NCBI GenBank assembly: GCA_913050005.1
Contig: CAJXBI010000005.1
Location: 44-64,043, forward strand
DNA: 64,000 bases
From: an uncultured Bacteroidota bacterium
GTDB lineage: Bacteria > Bacteroidota > Bacteroidia > NS11-12g > UBA9320
Direction: 5' to 3'
Numbering within the stretch: position 1 is the first letter of the stretch; each line of letters starts with the position of its first letter. The notes below the pieces were generated by a model. It did not search any database, was not told the origin of the DNA, and worked only from the letters and a program-made list of their open reading frames with translations. A program made the position numbers and the translations under genes. Below, piece by piece: positions 9,481 through 18,599 of the stretch.

Positions 9481-11217
9481 GTGCATAAATTTATTGCAAT
9501 TTTTAACCTATTAATTCCCTTTTATTGCCAAGCTCAAATTGTCACCTTGGCTATTATTAGTGAAAAAGACTCATCCTTTACTCAACTTACAAATAAGTCA
9601 TCTGTTGCAATAACACTTCAAGAAAAAATAAACGACTGTCGATATGAGGGGTACTTAGGAGCTAGCATTGATTCCACAAAAACTTTCAACGATTCAACTA
9701 TTGCTTATTTGACTTATGGTTTAAAATATACTCATATTGAAATTAACAGTCCTAACCTTCCAGATAAATATTTAAAATCTAAGGAAAAATACGTTTTAGA
9801 TCTACCTACGTTTTCAAGACTGCAACGTACAGTTATTTTAGACTACGAAAACTCTGGCTTTCCATTTATTTCAATATCACTTACTAACCCGCAAATAAAG
9901 AAAGATACATTAGTCGCAAAACTGATTATTAATCCCTATATACAATTTGTTTATGACACAATTGTTATTCGTGGTAACGCTAATATATCTAAAAAATATT
10001 TATGTAAATATCTAGAAATTGAAGAAGGTGCTTTATATAATGAAAAGAATGTAAGAGCCATTGATATAAAACTTGAGAATCTAACCTTAGTAAAACTAAA
10101 ATCAAAGAGTCAGGTAGTTTTTTTTAAAGGGCGAGCACAAATAATTCTTGATATTGAAGATGCTGTAATTGATCGGTTTGATGGAATAATTGGACTTGCA
10201 CCAAATAGCGATAACAGCAACGATAATTCTCTTCTAATAACAGGAGATGTGAATGTTGAATTAAATAATTTGTTTAAAAGTGGTAAGCAGCTTCAAATGC
10301 AATGGAAAAACTACCTCAAAAACTCTCAAAGACTAAACTTGTCTACAACTATACCATATCTTTTAAATTCTAAATTTGGCATTAATGGAGAATTTCAACT
10401 CAATAAATTTGATACATTATTTTTAAATCTAAATAGTCAAATATCTTTCAGATATCAAGGCAACGGAAATAACTATATTCAATTTTATTACCAAAACATA
10501 CAAAGTAACTTACTTAGTGTTGACACTAATTCGATAAGATTGCAAGAAAAAATACCAAGTAATAACCCATATTATATAGATAATTACGGCATAAGTTTCT
10601 ATCGAAAAAAAGTAGATAATTTAAATAACCCAAGAAAAGGATCTACGCTATCAAGCAACTTTGGGATTGGTCAAAAAACTATCCAAAAAAATAGGGATAT
10701 TAATAATTTGAAATTTACTGATTCGCAAACTGGAAATGTTATATCTCTTTACGATACAATTGATTTAAAATATTTAAGATTAAGCACATTAATTGATATA
10801 ACTTTATTTATTCCGATTAAAAAGAAAAGTACGATTCATCAAAATTTATCATTCCGGGGAATATTCAGTGAGCAGATATTTTTTAATGAATATTATAATT
10901 TTGGAGGATTTTCAACGCTTAAAGGATTTGACGAAAACGAATTTTTTGCAAGTAAATCATTAATTTACACACTAGAATATCGCTATTTAATTGGTCAGAA
11001 CAGTTATATTGGACTATTTTTAAATGCAGCCACATATGAAGATAAAATTAAAAGCCAATCATTTATCTACGATACTCCTATTGGTTTTGGTATTTCAAGC
11101 AACTTGGAGATTGGGCAAGGTGTCCTAAACCTATCATACGCTTTAGGATCACAAAAAGACAATGGATTTCAACTAAATACTGCCAAAATACATTTTGGTA
11201 TTATAAATTATTTCTAA
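9481..11217 (+). CDS. Omp85/BamA-TamA family outer-membrane beta-barrel protein with POTRA-like domain
   Basis: GTG start. It has a signal peptide (MHKFIAIFNLLIPFYCQAQ), a POTRA-like segment (IVIRGNANISKKYLCKYLEIEEGALYNEKNV...) and a long beta-strand-patterned C-terminal half ending in an aromatic residue (...HFGIINYF). Confidence 0.55.
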   Translation: MHKFIAIFNLLIPFYCQAQIVTLAIISEKDSSFTQLTNKSSVAITLQEKINDCRYEGYLGASIDSTKTFNDSTIAYLTYGLKYTHIEINSPNLPDKYLKSKEKYVLDLPTFSRLQRTVILDYENSGFPFISISLTNPQIKKDTLVAKLIINPYIQFVYDTIVIRGNANISKKYLCKYLEIEEGALYNEKNVRAIDIKLENLTLVKLKSKSQVVFFKGRAQIILDIEDAVIDRFDGIIGLAPNSDNSNDNSLLITGDVNVELNNLFKSGKQLQMQWKNYLKNSQRLNLSTTIPYLLNSKFGINGEFQLNKFDTLFLNLNSQISFRYQGNGNNYIQFYYQNIQSNLLSVDTNSIRLQEKIPSNNPYYIDNYGISFYRKKVDNLNNPRKGSTLSSNFGIGQKTIQKNRDINNLKFTDSQTGNVISLYDTIDLKYLRLSTLIDITLFIPIKKKSTIHQNLSFRGIFSEQIFFNEYYNFGGFSTLKGFDENEFFASKSLIYTLEYRYLIGQNSYIGLFLNAATYEDKIKSQSFIYDTPIGFGISSNLEIGQGVLNLSYALGSQKDNGFQLNTAKIHFGIINYF

Positions 11218-11239
11218 CAATTCAACGTAATTCGCAGGA

Positions 11240-11923
11240 TTGAAGAGAATAGTTATTATAGGTGAGCTAATTCTGAAATATGACATACAAGGTGTTATCA
11301 AGTTTTCTCTTTTGATAGCTTTACTCCTAATTGCTTTTATTTATGTACTAATCCCAAACTGGTTCAACTACATAAAAATTTTAGTTCTAATCCCACTTCA
11401 GAAATTTCAGTGGCAAAGTGAAAAATATAATGAAAATAGTGTATTTAGATTGAGTTCACTTTTCTCGTCTACATTTATTTTCAGTATCGTAATTTTTTCA
11501 TATCTACCTGAATTAAAATGGCTTGAAAACTATTCGAAAACTTCAAATCTTTTCATCATTTTTGGATGTGTCATTGGTTTATTTATCCTAAAATTGATCA
11601 TAGATTACTTGTATTTTTATTTACATAAAGCAAAAAAAGCAATGCATTTAATCGTTGACTATCAATATGGTCTAAATCAGCTATTTGCTATAATAATTGG
11701 CTCTATTACTCTAGTTGATGTGTTCTTTTTTGGTTTAACAAGTGATTTATACCTTTTGGCCAAAGTCTTATTGGCTATATACTTGTTTCTCCGATTCTCA
11801 GGTAACGCGATAATTTTAGCAAACAATTTTGGCTACCCGATTTTAACTGTAATTGTGTACCTTTGCACATTTGAAATAGCATTAATAATGATATTCATGA
11901 AGATATTATTTAACAATATTTAA
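11240..11923 (+). CDS. Multi-pass membrane protein, DUF4271-like
   Basis: 227 aa and highly hydrophobic, with about 6 TM segments. It sits immediately upstream of the hemD-like gene, which is the usual Bacteroidota DUF4271 context. The TTG start from the track is uncertain. Confidence 0.5.
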   Translation: MKRIVIIGELILKYDIQGVIKFSLLIALLLIAFIYVLIPNWFNYIKILVLIPLQKFQWQSEKYNENSVFRLSSLFSSTFIFSIVIFSYLPELKWLENYSKTSNLFIIFGCVIGLFILKLIIDYLYFYLHKAKKAMHLIVDYQYGLNQLFAIIIGSITLVDVFFFGLTSDLYLLAKVLLAIYLFLRFSGNAIILANNFGYPILTVIVYLCTFEIALIMIFMKILFNNI

Positions 11924-11934
11924 AGAGGTAAAAA

Positions 11935-12678
11935 TTGAGAGTTAAAAATATTCTTATTTCTCAACCACACCCAGGTGGTAAAAAGACAGTGTATGATTCC
12001 CTGACTGAAAAATATGGAGTGAAAGTTGACTTTCATCCATTTATTGAGGTTCAAGCTGTACCTGCTAGAGAGCTTCGCAAGCAGAAACTTCGAATTTTAG
12101 ATCATGATGCAATTATTTTTAATTCGAGAAATGCAATCGATCATTTTTTCAGAATAGTAGAGGAAATGAAGGTTGAAATACCAACTACTATGAAGTATTT
12201 CTGTACTAACGAGGGAGTATCTCTTTATATTCAAAAGTATACTCAACTGAGAAAAAGAAAAATGTTTGTAGGTAAAGGAACTAGCTCATCATTTTTAGAT
12301 CTTTTAAAAAAATATAAAACACTAAATTACCTTTTCCCGTGTTCCAATATTCGAAATGAAATCATTCCTAATTTCCTTGAAAAAATGAAAATTGAAAATA
12401 CAGAGGCAATCATGTATCATACTGTGAATGCAGATTTATCAAATTTGGCAAGTGTTTACTATGATATTTTAGTTTTCTTTAGTCCACAAGGAATTTTATC
12501 ATTGTTTGCTAATTTTCCTGACTTTGAACAAGAAGATAGAGCCATTGCTGGTTGGGGTAAAACTACGGATCATGCTTTATTAGAAGCTGGTCTAAAAAAT
12601 ACAATTTCTGCACCTACAACAGAATACCCAAGTATGGTTGCTGCACTAGAGGGTTTTATTAAAAGTAAGCTCAAATAA
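11935..12678 (+). CDS. hemD: Uroporphyrinogen-III synthase family protein (HemD-like)
   Basis: 247 aa. The N-terminus (VKNILISQPHPGGKKTVYDSLTEKYGVKVDFHPFIEVQAV) and the two-lobe repeat pattern are typical of Bacteroidota HemD-like proteins. TTG start. Confidence 0.7.
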   Translation: MRVKNILISQPHPGGKKTVYDSLTEKYGVKVDFHPFIEVQAVPARELRKQKLRILDHDAIIFNSRNAIDHFFRIVEEMKVEIPTTMKYFCTNEGVSLYIQKYTQLRKRKMFVGKGTSSSFLDLLKKYKTLNYLFPCSNIRNEIIPNFLEKMKIENTEAIMYHTVNADLSNLASVYYDILVFFSPQGILSLFANFPDFEQEDRAIAGWGKTTDHALLEAGLKNTISAPTTEYPSMVAALEGFIKSKLK

Positions 12679-13864
12679 CTCGCTTACAAATAATAGTCTC
12701 ACTTTCATCTGATTTCAAGATAAAGAGGAAATAATCACCCCCATCTTTGGTTCCTAATTTATTGTGCCATTTTGATGGAGGTTCATTTAAGCCTTTTAGT
12801 ATAATATTCACTTTTGCCAGATTATTTAATTGCAATATTCTCTTTATTTGCTTTAAAGATAAAGCGCATTTATCAATCACCTCAAATGTTCTAAATCCAG
12901 GTAAATTTTTGTTCTCTGAAAAGAAAATTTGAAACGCTAGATGCTTTGTCACATCCCTTCCTTTCGTAAAAAAATAAAAACATGATGACTTAGCCACCAA
13001 AACTGAGGGCGTATGTAAAAACTTATTACATCCCGTTTTATAAGTATATTTCTTTCTTATCAAATATTCATCAAATGGAAATTTAACATAGAAATTAGTC
13101 GATACATCCTTTAAATGTATTGTAGAATTATTTATCCCACTTTGAGTTGAATAATCAATAAAAATACCAACCTCCTTAAGTTCATTTTTCTCAGCAATTA
13201 GGTAAATAGCATTGAATTGTTTGAAGCTTCTTGCAATCTCACTTAAATCAAAGAGTGGAGATAATTTAATGTAAATCTTAGTAGCCGACTTTTTTATTAA
13301 TGCTAAATTTCCAAGAATATCTGGTTTTAAATAGTTTAAATCAACTGCTCGCTTTCCGTTAATTCTTCTATCAGGATCTATATATACCCAATCGTAAAAT
13401 TTGCCAGATAAAATTTTAAAAGAGTCGCCGTGAATTCGTTTAATATTTGTTATCCCTATTTTTTTTAGATTAAAACTTGCTAACTCATGAAGAGCCTGGT
13501 TTATTTCTACAGCTTCAATTTGTTCAAAGTTTTGACTCAAATAAATGCTATCAATACCAATCCCAGCAGTAAGGTCAAGTAAATTCTTTCCTCTAATAAA
13601 TTTAGTTTTAAATTGAGCTACTTTCTGTGATGTAGACTGTTCGTAAGATCGTTGGTCAATCGCTAAAAAATTGTCTGATACAATAGGTATTTTTTTTTTT
13701 GCCTTTTTGTAAATACTCAATAAGTTTAATGCAGTTTTTAAATCAAATTTGGTTTTACCTGAATATTTTAATGCTAAATCATTTGGATTATTTTTTAGAT
13801 TATTTTTTAAAAAATGAATTCCTTCCTCACTAGATAAAACCGTAATAATATTATTAATTTGCAC
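12671..13864 (-). CDS. Class I SAM-dependent methyltransferase with THUMP-like C-terminal domain
   Basis: It carries SAM-binding motif I (LLDLTAGIGIDS) followed by VEINQ and DPDRR motifs. 397 aa. Its 3' end overlaps hemD convergently by 8 nt. Confidence 0.7.
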   Translation of the reverse strand: MQINNIITVLSSEEGIHFLKNNLKNNPNDLALKYSGKTKFDLKTALNLLSIYKKAKKKIPIVSDNFLAIDQRSYEQSTSQKVAQFKTKFIRGKNLLDLTAGIGIDSIYLSQNFEQIEAVEINQALHELASFNLKKIGITNIKRIHGDSFKILSGKFYDWVYIDPDRRINGKRAVDLNYLKPDILGNLALIKKSATKIYIKLSPLFDLSEIARSFKQFNAIYLIAEKNELKEVGIFIDYSTQSGINNSTIHLKDVSTNFYVKFPFDEYLIRKKYTYKTGCNKFLHTPSVLVAKSSCFYFFTKGRDVTKHLAFQIFFSENKNLPGFRTFEVIDKCALSLKQIKRILQLNNLAKVNIILKGLNEPPSKWHNKLGTKDGGDYFLFILKSDESETIICKRVI

Positions 13865-13921
13865 TAATTATAATTTATAATCGTTGTATTTATAAAAGCT
13901 TACAATATTATCACACTATAT

Positions 13922-14053
13922 ATGAACATAAAAAAAATCTTAACTGTGCTAACACTTGCGTTAGTTATTTGTGTAACTTTTTCATCTTGTAAATCTAGGG
14001 ATGCTTGCCCTGGTATGAGCAAAATTAAAACTAAACAAACAAAAATTGTTTAA
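13922..14053 (+). CDS. Small (43 aa) predicted lipoprotein, not in the ORF track
   Basis: An ATG at 13922 and a TAA at 14051-14053 give MNIKKILTVLTLALVICVTFSSCKSRDACPGMSKIKTKQTKIV. This has a basic n-region, a hydrophobic core and the lipobox FSSC, then a short Cys/Pro plus Lys-rich mature peptide. It fills an otherwise empty 198-bp gap. Confidence 0.45.
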   Translation: MNIKKILTVLTLALVICVTFSSCKSRDACPGMSKIKTKQTKIV

Positions 14054-14062
14054 TTGTAAATT

Positions 14063-14383
14063 ATGTGGTCAGCTACATCAATCAATGATGTAAACTCTTT
14101 AATCGTCGTTGAAAAACCCATTATAATTTTCAAACATAGTTATCGGTGTTCGATAAGTTCAATGGCACTTAATCGAATTGAAAGTATCCATCACGAAATA
14201 ACCCGGAAGGCTAATTTTATCTTGATTGACGTTATAAAACAACGTAATTTATCTATCGAAATTTCTGAGCACTTTGGTATTAAGCATGAATCTCCACAAA
14301 TCATTTTTTATAATAAAAATGAAGTTCAATTCACAGATTCACATATGAACATCGACTCAACAAAAGTTTTGGATTACCTTTAA
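14063..14383 (+). CDS. ytxJ: Bacillithiol-system thioredoxin-like protein YtxJ (DUF2847)
   Basis: 106 aa with a single-Cys motif in Trx-fold context (IIIFKHSYRCSISSMA). Canonical YtxJ has TCPIS at this position; here it reads RCSIS. Confidence 0.65.
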   Translation: MWSATSINDVNSLIVVEKPIIIFKHSYRCSISSMALNRIESIHHEITRKANFILIDVIKQRNLSIEISEHFGIKHESPQIIFYNKNEVQFTDSHMNIDSTKVLDYL

Positions 14384-14448
14384 TTTTCGTTACCACAGCA
14401 TTATTGTTTAATCTGACATTTATATTATAAACCATATTTAACTATTCT

Positions 14449-14478
14449 TTGAAAGTAATAAATCAAAACCTAAATTTG
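14449..14478 (+). promoter_or_regulatory. Bacteroidota-type promoter TTG-N19-TAAATTTG
   Basis: TTG at 14449-14451, a 19-nt spacer, then TAAATTTG at 14471-14478 (TAnnTTTG consensus). It lies 32 nt upstream of the ATG at 14510. Confidence 0.45.
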
Positions 14479-14509
14479 TGTGTTTAATATACTAACATAA
14501 GTTTAAGTT

Positions 14510-17230
14510 ATGAAAAGAAATATATACCTACCAGTAATTACTGTTATAACGCTAGCAATTATTGCCGTAACATTAAAGAATAATAACCCGAATAATGTTT
14601 ATTCTCCTAGGGTAAAAAACATTCAAGGGATTTCTGGATATCAGTCATATCTAAAAACCATTAGAGCTAACCAGAACACTGGTTTTGTATCTAACCAGGA
14701 AGTTCACGAGGTGATTGATGATATTAACAATCAGAATAGTTTAAAATTCAAATCTGATTGGCCTTTAAAATGGGAATTCAGAGGACCAGATAACATTGGT
14801 GGACGAACTAGATGCTTAGTTATAGACAAAGAAAATTCATCTATATTATACACAGGTGGTGTTTCGGGTTCCGTATTTAAGTCAACCAACGGTGGTGGAA
14901 GTTGGTTCCCTCTAACTTTAGGGGATGACAACTTTGGTGTTGTAAGTATGGCTCAAACTAACGACGGAAAACTATTTTACGGTACAGGAGAAAATGGATT
15001 ATTATTATCCAATCCAAATGGTAACGAAGGTTCAGGCTTTAATGGAATGGGGATATACAGATCTACCGACGGTGAAACATTTGAATCGTTAAGTAATACT
15101 TCTTCATTTGGAAACGTATTTGTTTTAACAGCTCATCCAACTACTAACCATATTTACGCAGGATCATCAAATGGTTTGAGAGTCAGTGAGGACGGTGGAG
15201 ATACCTGGAAACTCGTAAGAGGTGGAAGTTGTAGAGACATGAAGTTTAATAAAAATGGAGTCTTAATTGCTAGTATTGGTAACACTATCTGGAGATCTTC
15301 CAACCCTAATGATGGATCATCTTACCAATCAATTACTGGTTTTTCAAACAATGGAAGAGCGGCTATTGCTTGGGCTGAATCAGATGATAATTATTGTTAC
15401 ATCATCACTGTTGGTACTGTTCAATTTGATGGTCAAACATATAGTGGCGGTTCATTAACTGGTCTGTACAGATCTACGGATGCTGGTCAAACATTTAGTC
15501 AAGAAGTTGGTCAAATGAGTCAGTTTTTTGCACCATTCACATACATAGGTCTACAAGCGCAAGGATTATACGACATTGCATTAGGAGTTCATCCTCGCAA
15601 CAAAGACAGAGTATTTATTGGAGGAGTATTGTTTGCTGAATGGTCTCTTCAAGATGGGCCTAAAATTGTTGGTAACACCTTTAGTTCTCCCCGAAACCCA
15701 TTTGGAATTCATTCCGATAAACACTTAATTACTTTTGATAATACTGGCGAAGACCCAATTATGTATATCTGTAGTGATGGTGGTGTAGCTAGGACTACTA
15801 CACCTGAACTAGACCAATATAAAAATATAAGTACTAACTTGAGTACGACTCAATTCTTTGGAATTGCTGCCGATGTCAGAGGCCGAATTTTAGGAGGAAC
15901 TCAAGATAATAATACCTTACTTATTACTGGTGAATCGTATCCAAGGAAAATTGCTGAATCAGTTCTTAGTGGTGACGGTTTTGAATGTGCAATTAGTGCA
16001 TATAATCCTAATTATATGTTTGGTGAGAGTCAATATGGTAATTTAAGAAGATCTATCACAGCGGGTTCTAGTTTTGAATCCATGTGGGATAATCGAATAA
16101 GTTCGTCATTTGCATCAGCTCAAAGACCTACTGGATACTTTAACAATCCATTTACATTGTGGGAAAATCCAGCAGTTATTGACAGCATTGAAACATTTGG
16201 AAAAAGAACTTCTGACGATTCTATAGCTAATGCAAGAATATTCTTTGCCACAAATGATGGTGTTTGGATGTGTAAAAATGCTTATGGAAAACCACATGAT
16301 CCAACAGGGCCTAAAGATGGTTCTATTCGATGGTTTAGAATTTCTAACTTAAGACGTGTTCATTACATGAAACCAAGTAAAAATGGTGAATCATTATTTG
16401 TAACAACTAATAGTGGAAGAATTTATAGAGTTGATAATTTATTAACTACACAATTTGATACTATAAGTCTTCCAACGAATAATCAGATTGCAGCTAACCT
16501 GACGACAACTGAAATATCTCAGGATATGGGTTTAAGTTCGTCACGAACGGTTACATCTATCGCAATAGATCCCGAAAACCCTAATCGCATGGTTGCTACT
16601 GCTGGTAATTACGGTAACACTAATTACGTGTATGTTACAGAAAATGCTATGGATGCTTCCCCTAGTTGGACTAGTATTCAAGGTAATTTACCTCGATTCC
16701 CGGTTTATCATGCTTTAATTAGTATTAAAAATCCTGATGTAATTATTTTAGGTACTGAATTTGGAATATGGGCTACTAATAATGGCCTTTCAGCTAACCC
16801 AACATGGGCAGAAGCTTCAGACGGAATAGATAGTGATATGCCATTCCCTAAGGTGCCTGTATTTGACCTCGTACAGGTTGAAAGTAATTCATCTACTGGA
16901 CCAAGAATATATGCTGGTACGCATGGAATGGGAATATGGGAAACTAAATCTATGCTAACAAGCGTAAGACCAAATAATAACAATCCTGATAGAAGAATTA
17001 TCAATGCTTATCCAAATCCAGCTAACAGCTTTGTTAACATTGACGCTGAGATTAAGGGTTCATTTTCATTAAAAGTATATTCATTAACCGGAAATATTGT
17101 ATATCAAACAAAAGGAAGTAATTCCAAAACTGTCCAAATTTCTACCTCAGAATGGAAATCAGGAAATTACTTCGTTGAGATACTTGGTAACAACACAAAA
17201 ATTACATCTAAAATCATTGTTCAACACTAG
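14510..17230 (+). CDS. Secreted BNR/Asp-box repeat beta-propeller protein (sortilin/VPS10- or glycosidase-like) with T9SS type A C-terminal sorting domain
   Basis: It has several Asp-box motifs (STNGGGSW, STDGETF, SEDGGDTW, STDAGQTF). The last ~80 aa (INAYPNPANSFVNID...GNYFVEILGNN...IIVQH) match the Por secretion tail pattern. Confidence 0.8.
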   Translation: MKRNIYLPVITVITLAIIAVTLKNNNPNNVYSPRVKNIQGISGYQSYLKTIRANQNTGFVSNQEVHEVIDDINNQNSLKFKSDWPLKWEFRGPDNIGGRTRCLVIDKENSSILYTGGVSGSVFKSTNGGGSWFPLTLGDDNFGVVSMAQTNDGKLFYGTGENGLLLSNPNGNEGSGFNGMGIYRSTDGETFESLSNTSSFGNVFVLTAHPTTNHIYAGSSNGLRVSEDGGDTWKLVRGGSCRDMKFNKNGVLIASIGNTIWRSSNPNDGSSYQSITGFSNNGRAAIAWAESDDNYCYIITVGTVQFDGQTYSGGSLTGLYRSTDAGQTFSQEVGQMSQFFAPFTYIGLQAQGLYDIALGVHPRNKDRVFIGGVLFAEWSLQDGPKIVGNTFSSPRNPFGIHSDKHLITFDNTGEDPIMYICSDGGVARTTTPELDQYKNISTNLSTTQFFGIAADVRGRILGGTQDNNTLLITGESYPRKIAESVLSGDGFECAISAYNPNYMFGESQYGNLRRSITAGSSFESMWDNRISSSFASAQRPTGYFNNPFTLWENPAVIDSIETFGKRTSDDSIANARIFFATNDGVWMCKNAYGKPHDPTGPKDGSIRWFRISNLRRVHYMKPSKNGESLFVTTNSGRIYRVDNLLTTQFDTISLPTNNQIAANLTTTEISQDMGLSSSRTVTSIAIDPENPNRMVATAGNYGNTNYVYVTENAMDASPSWTSIQGNLPRFPVYHALISIKNPDVIILGTEFGIWATNNGLSANPTWAEASDGIDSDMPFPKVPVFDLVQVESNSSTGPRIYAGTHGMGIWETKSMLTSVRPNNNNPDRRIINAYPNPANSFVNIDAEIKGSFSLKVYSLTGNIVYQTKGSNSKTVQISTSEWKSGNYFVEILGNNTKITSKIIVQH

Positions 17231-17244
17231 ATTTTAATACAAAT

Positions 17245-17278
17245 AAAAAAGCCACTCTTCAATCAGAGTGGCTTTTTA
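17245..17278 (+). terminator. Rho-independent terminator after the BNR-repeat gene
   Basis: aaaaaa GCCACTCT tcaatc AGAGTGGC ttttt: a perfect 8-bp stem (17251-17258 / 17265-17272), a 6-nt loop and a T-tract. Confidence 0.85.
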
Positions 17279-17290
17279 TATGCCCTAAAA

Positions 17291-17359
17291 TTAGACAAAT
17301 GTGCCATTTTGTCTTAAATTATTTGTTTTAATTAAAAATTAATGCCATTTTGTCCTTAA
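17291..17359 (+). promoter_or_regulatory. Candidate operator region upstream of hsp20: direct repeat TGCCATTTTGTC x2 plus an inverted repeat
   Basis: An identical 12-mer occurs at 17302-17313 and 17343-17354, 41 bp apart. The first copy is embedded in the inverted repeat AGACAAA (17293-17299) N8 TTTGTCT (17308-17314). No TAnnTTTG box lies between the repeats and the ATG at 17404. Confidence 0.3.
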
Positions 17360-17403
17360 AAAGAATGGGAATGTGATTTGATAATAACTAATTAAAAAAC
17401 ATT

Positions 17404-17826
17404 ATGAACATTATTAAACAACCCAAAATGATTACGGATATTTTTCAAAGTAATTTCAATAACATGTTGCAAGACATCTTAATTGATCAAAATATTATTG
17501 AGCGTGACACTGCAACACCAAAAGTAAATATTAGTGGTAATGAAGATAATTACCAGATCAATGTGATAATGCCTGGAATTGATAAGGAAGATATAACGCT
17601 GTCAATTGACAATGACATTTTAACTATTCAAAGTAATTATAATAAACAAAAAGATAAGGATCAAAATGCATTAAGAACAGAATTTATGATTAAGGAATAT
17701 TATAGAAAGATATCTCTTCCAAAAGACGCAGACCATAAATCGATATCAGCAAACCTGAAGAATGGAATCTTAGAAATAACCATCAAAAAAATCAAAGTAA
17801 AACCTAAAAATATAATTGTTAAATAA
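17404..17826 (+). CDS. Hsp20/alpha-crystallin family small heat-shock protein
   Basis: 140 aa. The alpha-crystallin domain pattern is present (YQINVIMPGIDKEDITLSIDNDILTIQ...ISLPKDADHKSISANLKNGILEITIKK). Confidence 0.85.
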   Translation: MNIIKQPKMITDIFQSNFNNMLQDILIDQNIIERDTATPKVNISGNEDNYQINVIMPGIDKEDITLSIDNDILTIQSNYNKQKDKDQNALRTEFMIKEYYRKISLPKDADHKSISANLKNGILEITIKKIKVKPKNIIVK

Positions 17827-17841
17827 ATCAAATTAGGTGAT

Positions 17842-17875
17842 AAGGTCGGTTTAAGTAACCGGCCTTATTTTTTTA
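17842..17875. terminator. Hairpin terminator between convergent hsp20 and the minus-strand gld-associated gene string
   Basis: AAGGTCGGTT taagt AACCGGCCTT followed by attttttt: a 10-bp stem with one G-U pair. It overlaps the stop codon (17865-17867) of the minus-strand DUF2807 gene. The T-tract is only on the plus side. Confidence 0.7.
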
Positions 17876-18599
17876 ATAACTGTCCAGAACCAGTTTGTTC
17901 TGCTAATATTTTATAGTCACTAGGCTCATTGATGTAAAAAATATTACCTGAATTCAAGATTTTTAAATACATCCCTTTTGTCGCATTTATATAACAATCA
18001 AGAGGAGAGTGGGTATCTATATAAACCTCTTCACAAACCAAATATTGAGCATCTAAATTCGAAATCTCCTCTATACTTCCTTTGAGGACTCTTAAATTAC
18101 CTCTTAAAATAGTGGAGGCAGAGTTTCTAGAACGAATAAAAACTTCGTCACCCGATAAAATTAGATTAATGTCTGACAGGGCTGGGTGAAAAATATTTAA
18201 AAAATTAATGTTAATGGTGTCATTAGAAACTACTTCAGCAATTGATTCCAAATGTATTTCAGTTAATTCTTTAACATAGACATATACATTAATATCATAA
18301 TTGAATGAACGAATAAAATTACAGGTATTTGTATTGATTAGTCTCAATTGATTATCAGTTACAGTACTTTCAATCTGATTCAAGAGATTTGATGGTCCAT
18401 TCAAATCGATACGTCCATAATTAATACTATCCTGTACCAAAAAAACCTTTATTATATCTTCTACATACAACTTATCAAAAGGTAAAACATCTCTTTGTTC
18501 TGTAACTACCTTCCCTAATTTAGTAATACAATCGTCTTTTTGCTCACCACCACATGATGAAAGCATCAATAAAACAATTATTATATTAAAATATCTCAT
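17865..18599 (-). CDS. DUF2807 / GIN-domain (autotransporter adhesin head-like) lipoprotein
   Basis: It has a lipoprotein signal (MRYFNIIIVLLMLSSCGG). A repetitive beta-helix-like pattern follows (..V.V.GSG...L.G....L...V.GSG.I), ending in ...EQTGSGQLLKK. Confidence 0.65.
   Translation of the reverse strand: MRYFNIIIVLLMLSSCGGEQKDDCITKLGKVVTEQRDVLPFDKLYVEDIIKVFLVQDSINYGRIDLNGPSNLLNQIESTVTDNQLRLINTNTCNFIRSFNYDINVYVYVKELTEIHLESIAEVVSNDTININFLNIFHPALSDINLILSGDEVFIRSRNSASTILRGNLRVLKGSIEEISNLDAQYLVCEEVYIDTHSPLDCYINATKGMYLKILNSGNIFYINEPSDYKILAEQTGSGQLLKK

Noticed and set aside
17300-17360. Tiny uORFs inside the hsp20 upstream repeats (MCHFVLNYLF, MPFCP)
   Set aside because: At 5-10 codons, the two ATGs sit in different frames relative to the shared 12-mer. 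DNA-level repeat conservation therefore explains them better than coding does.
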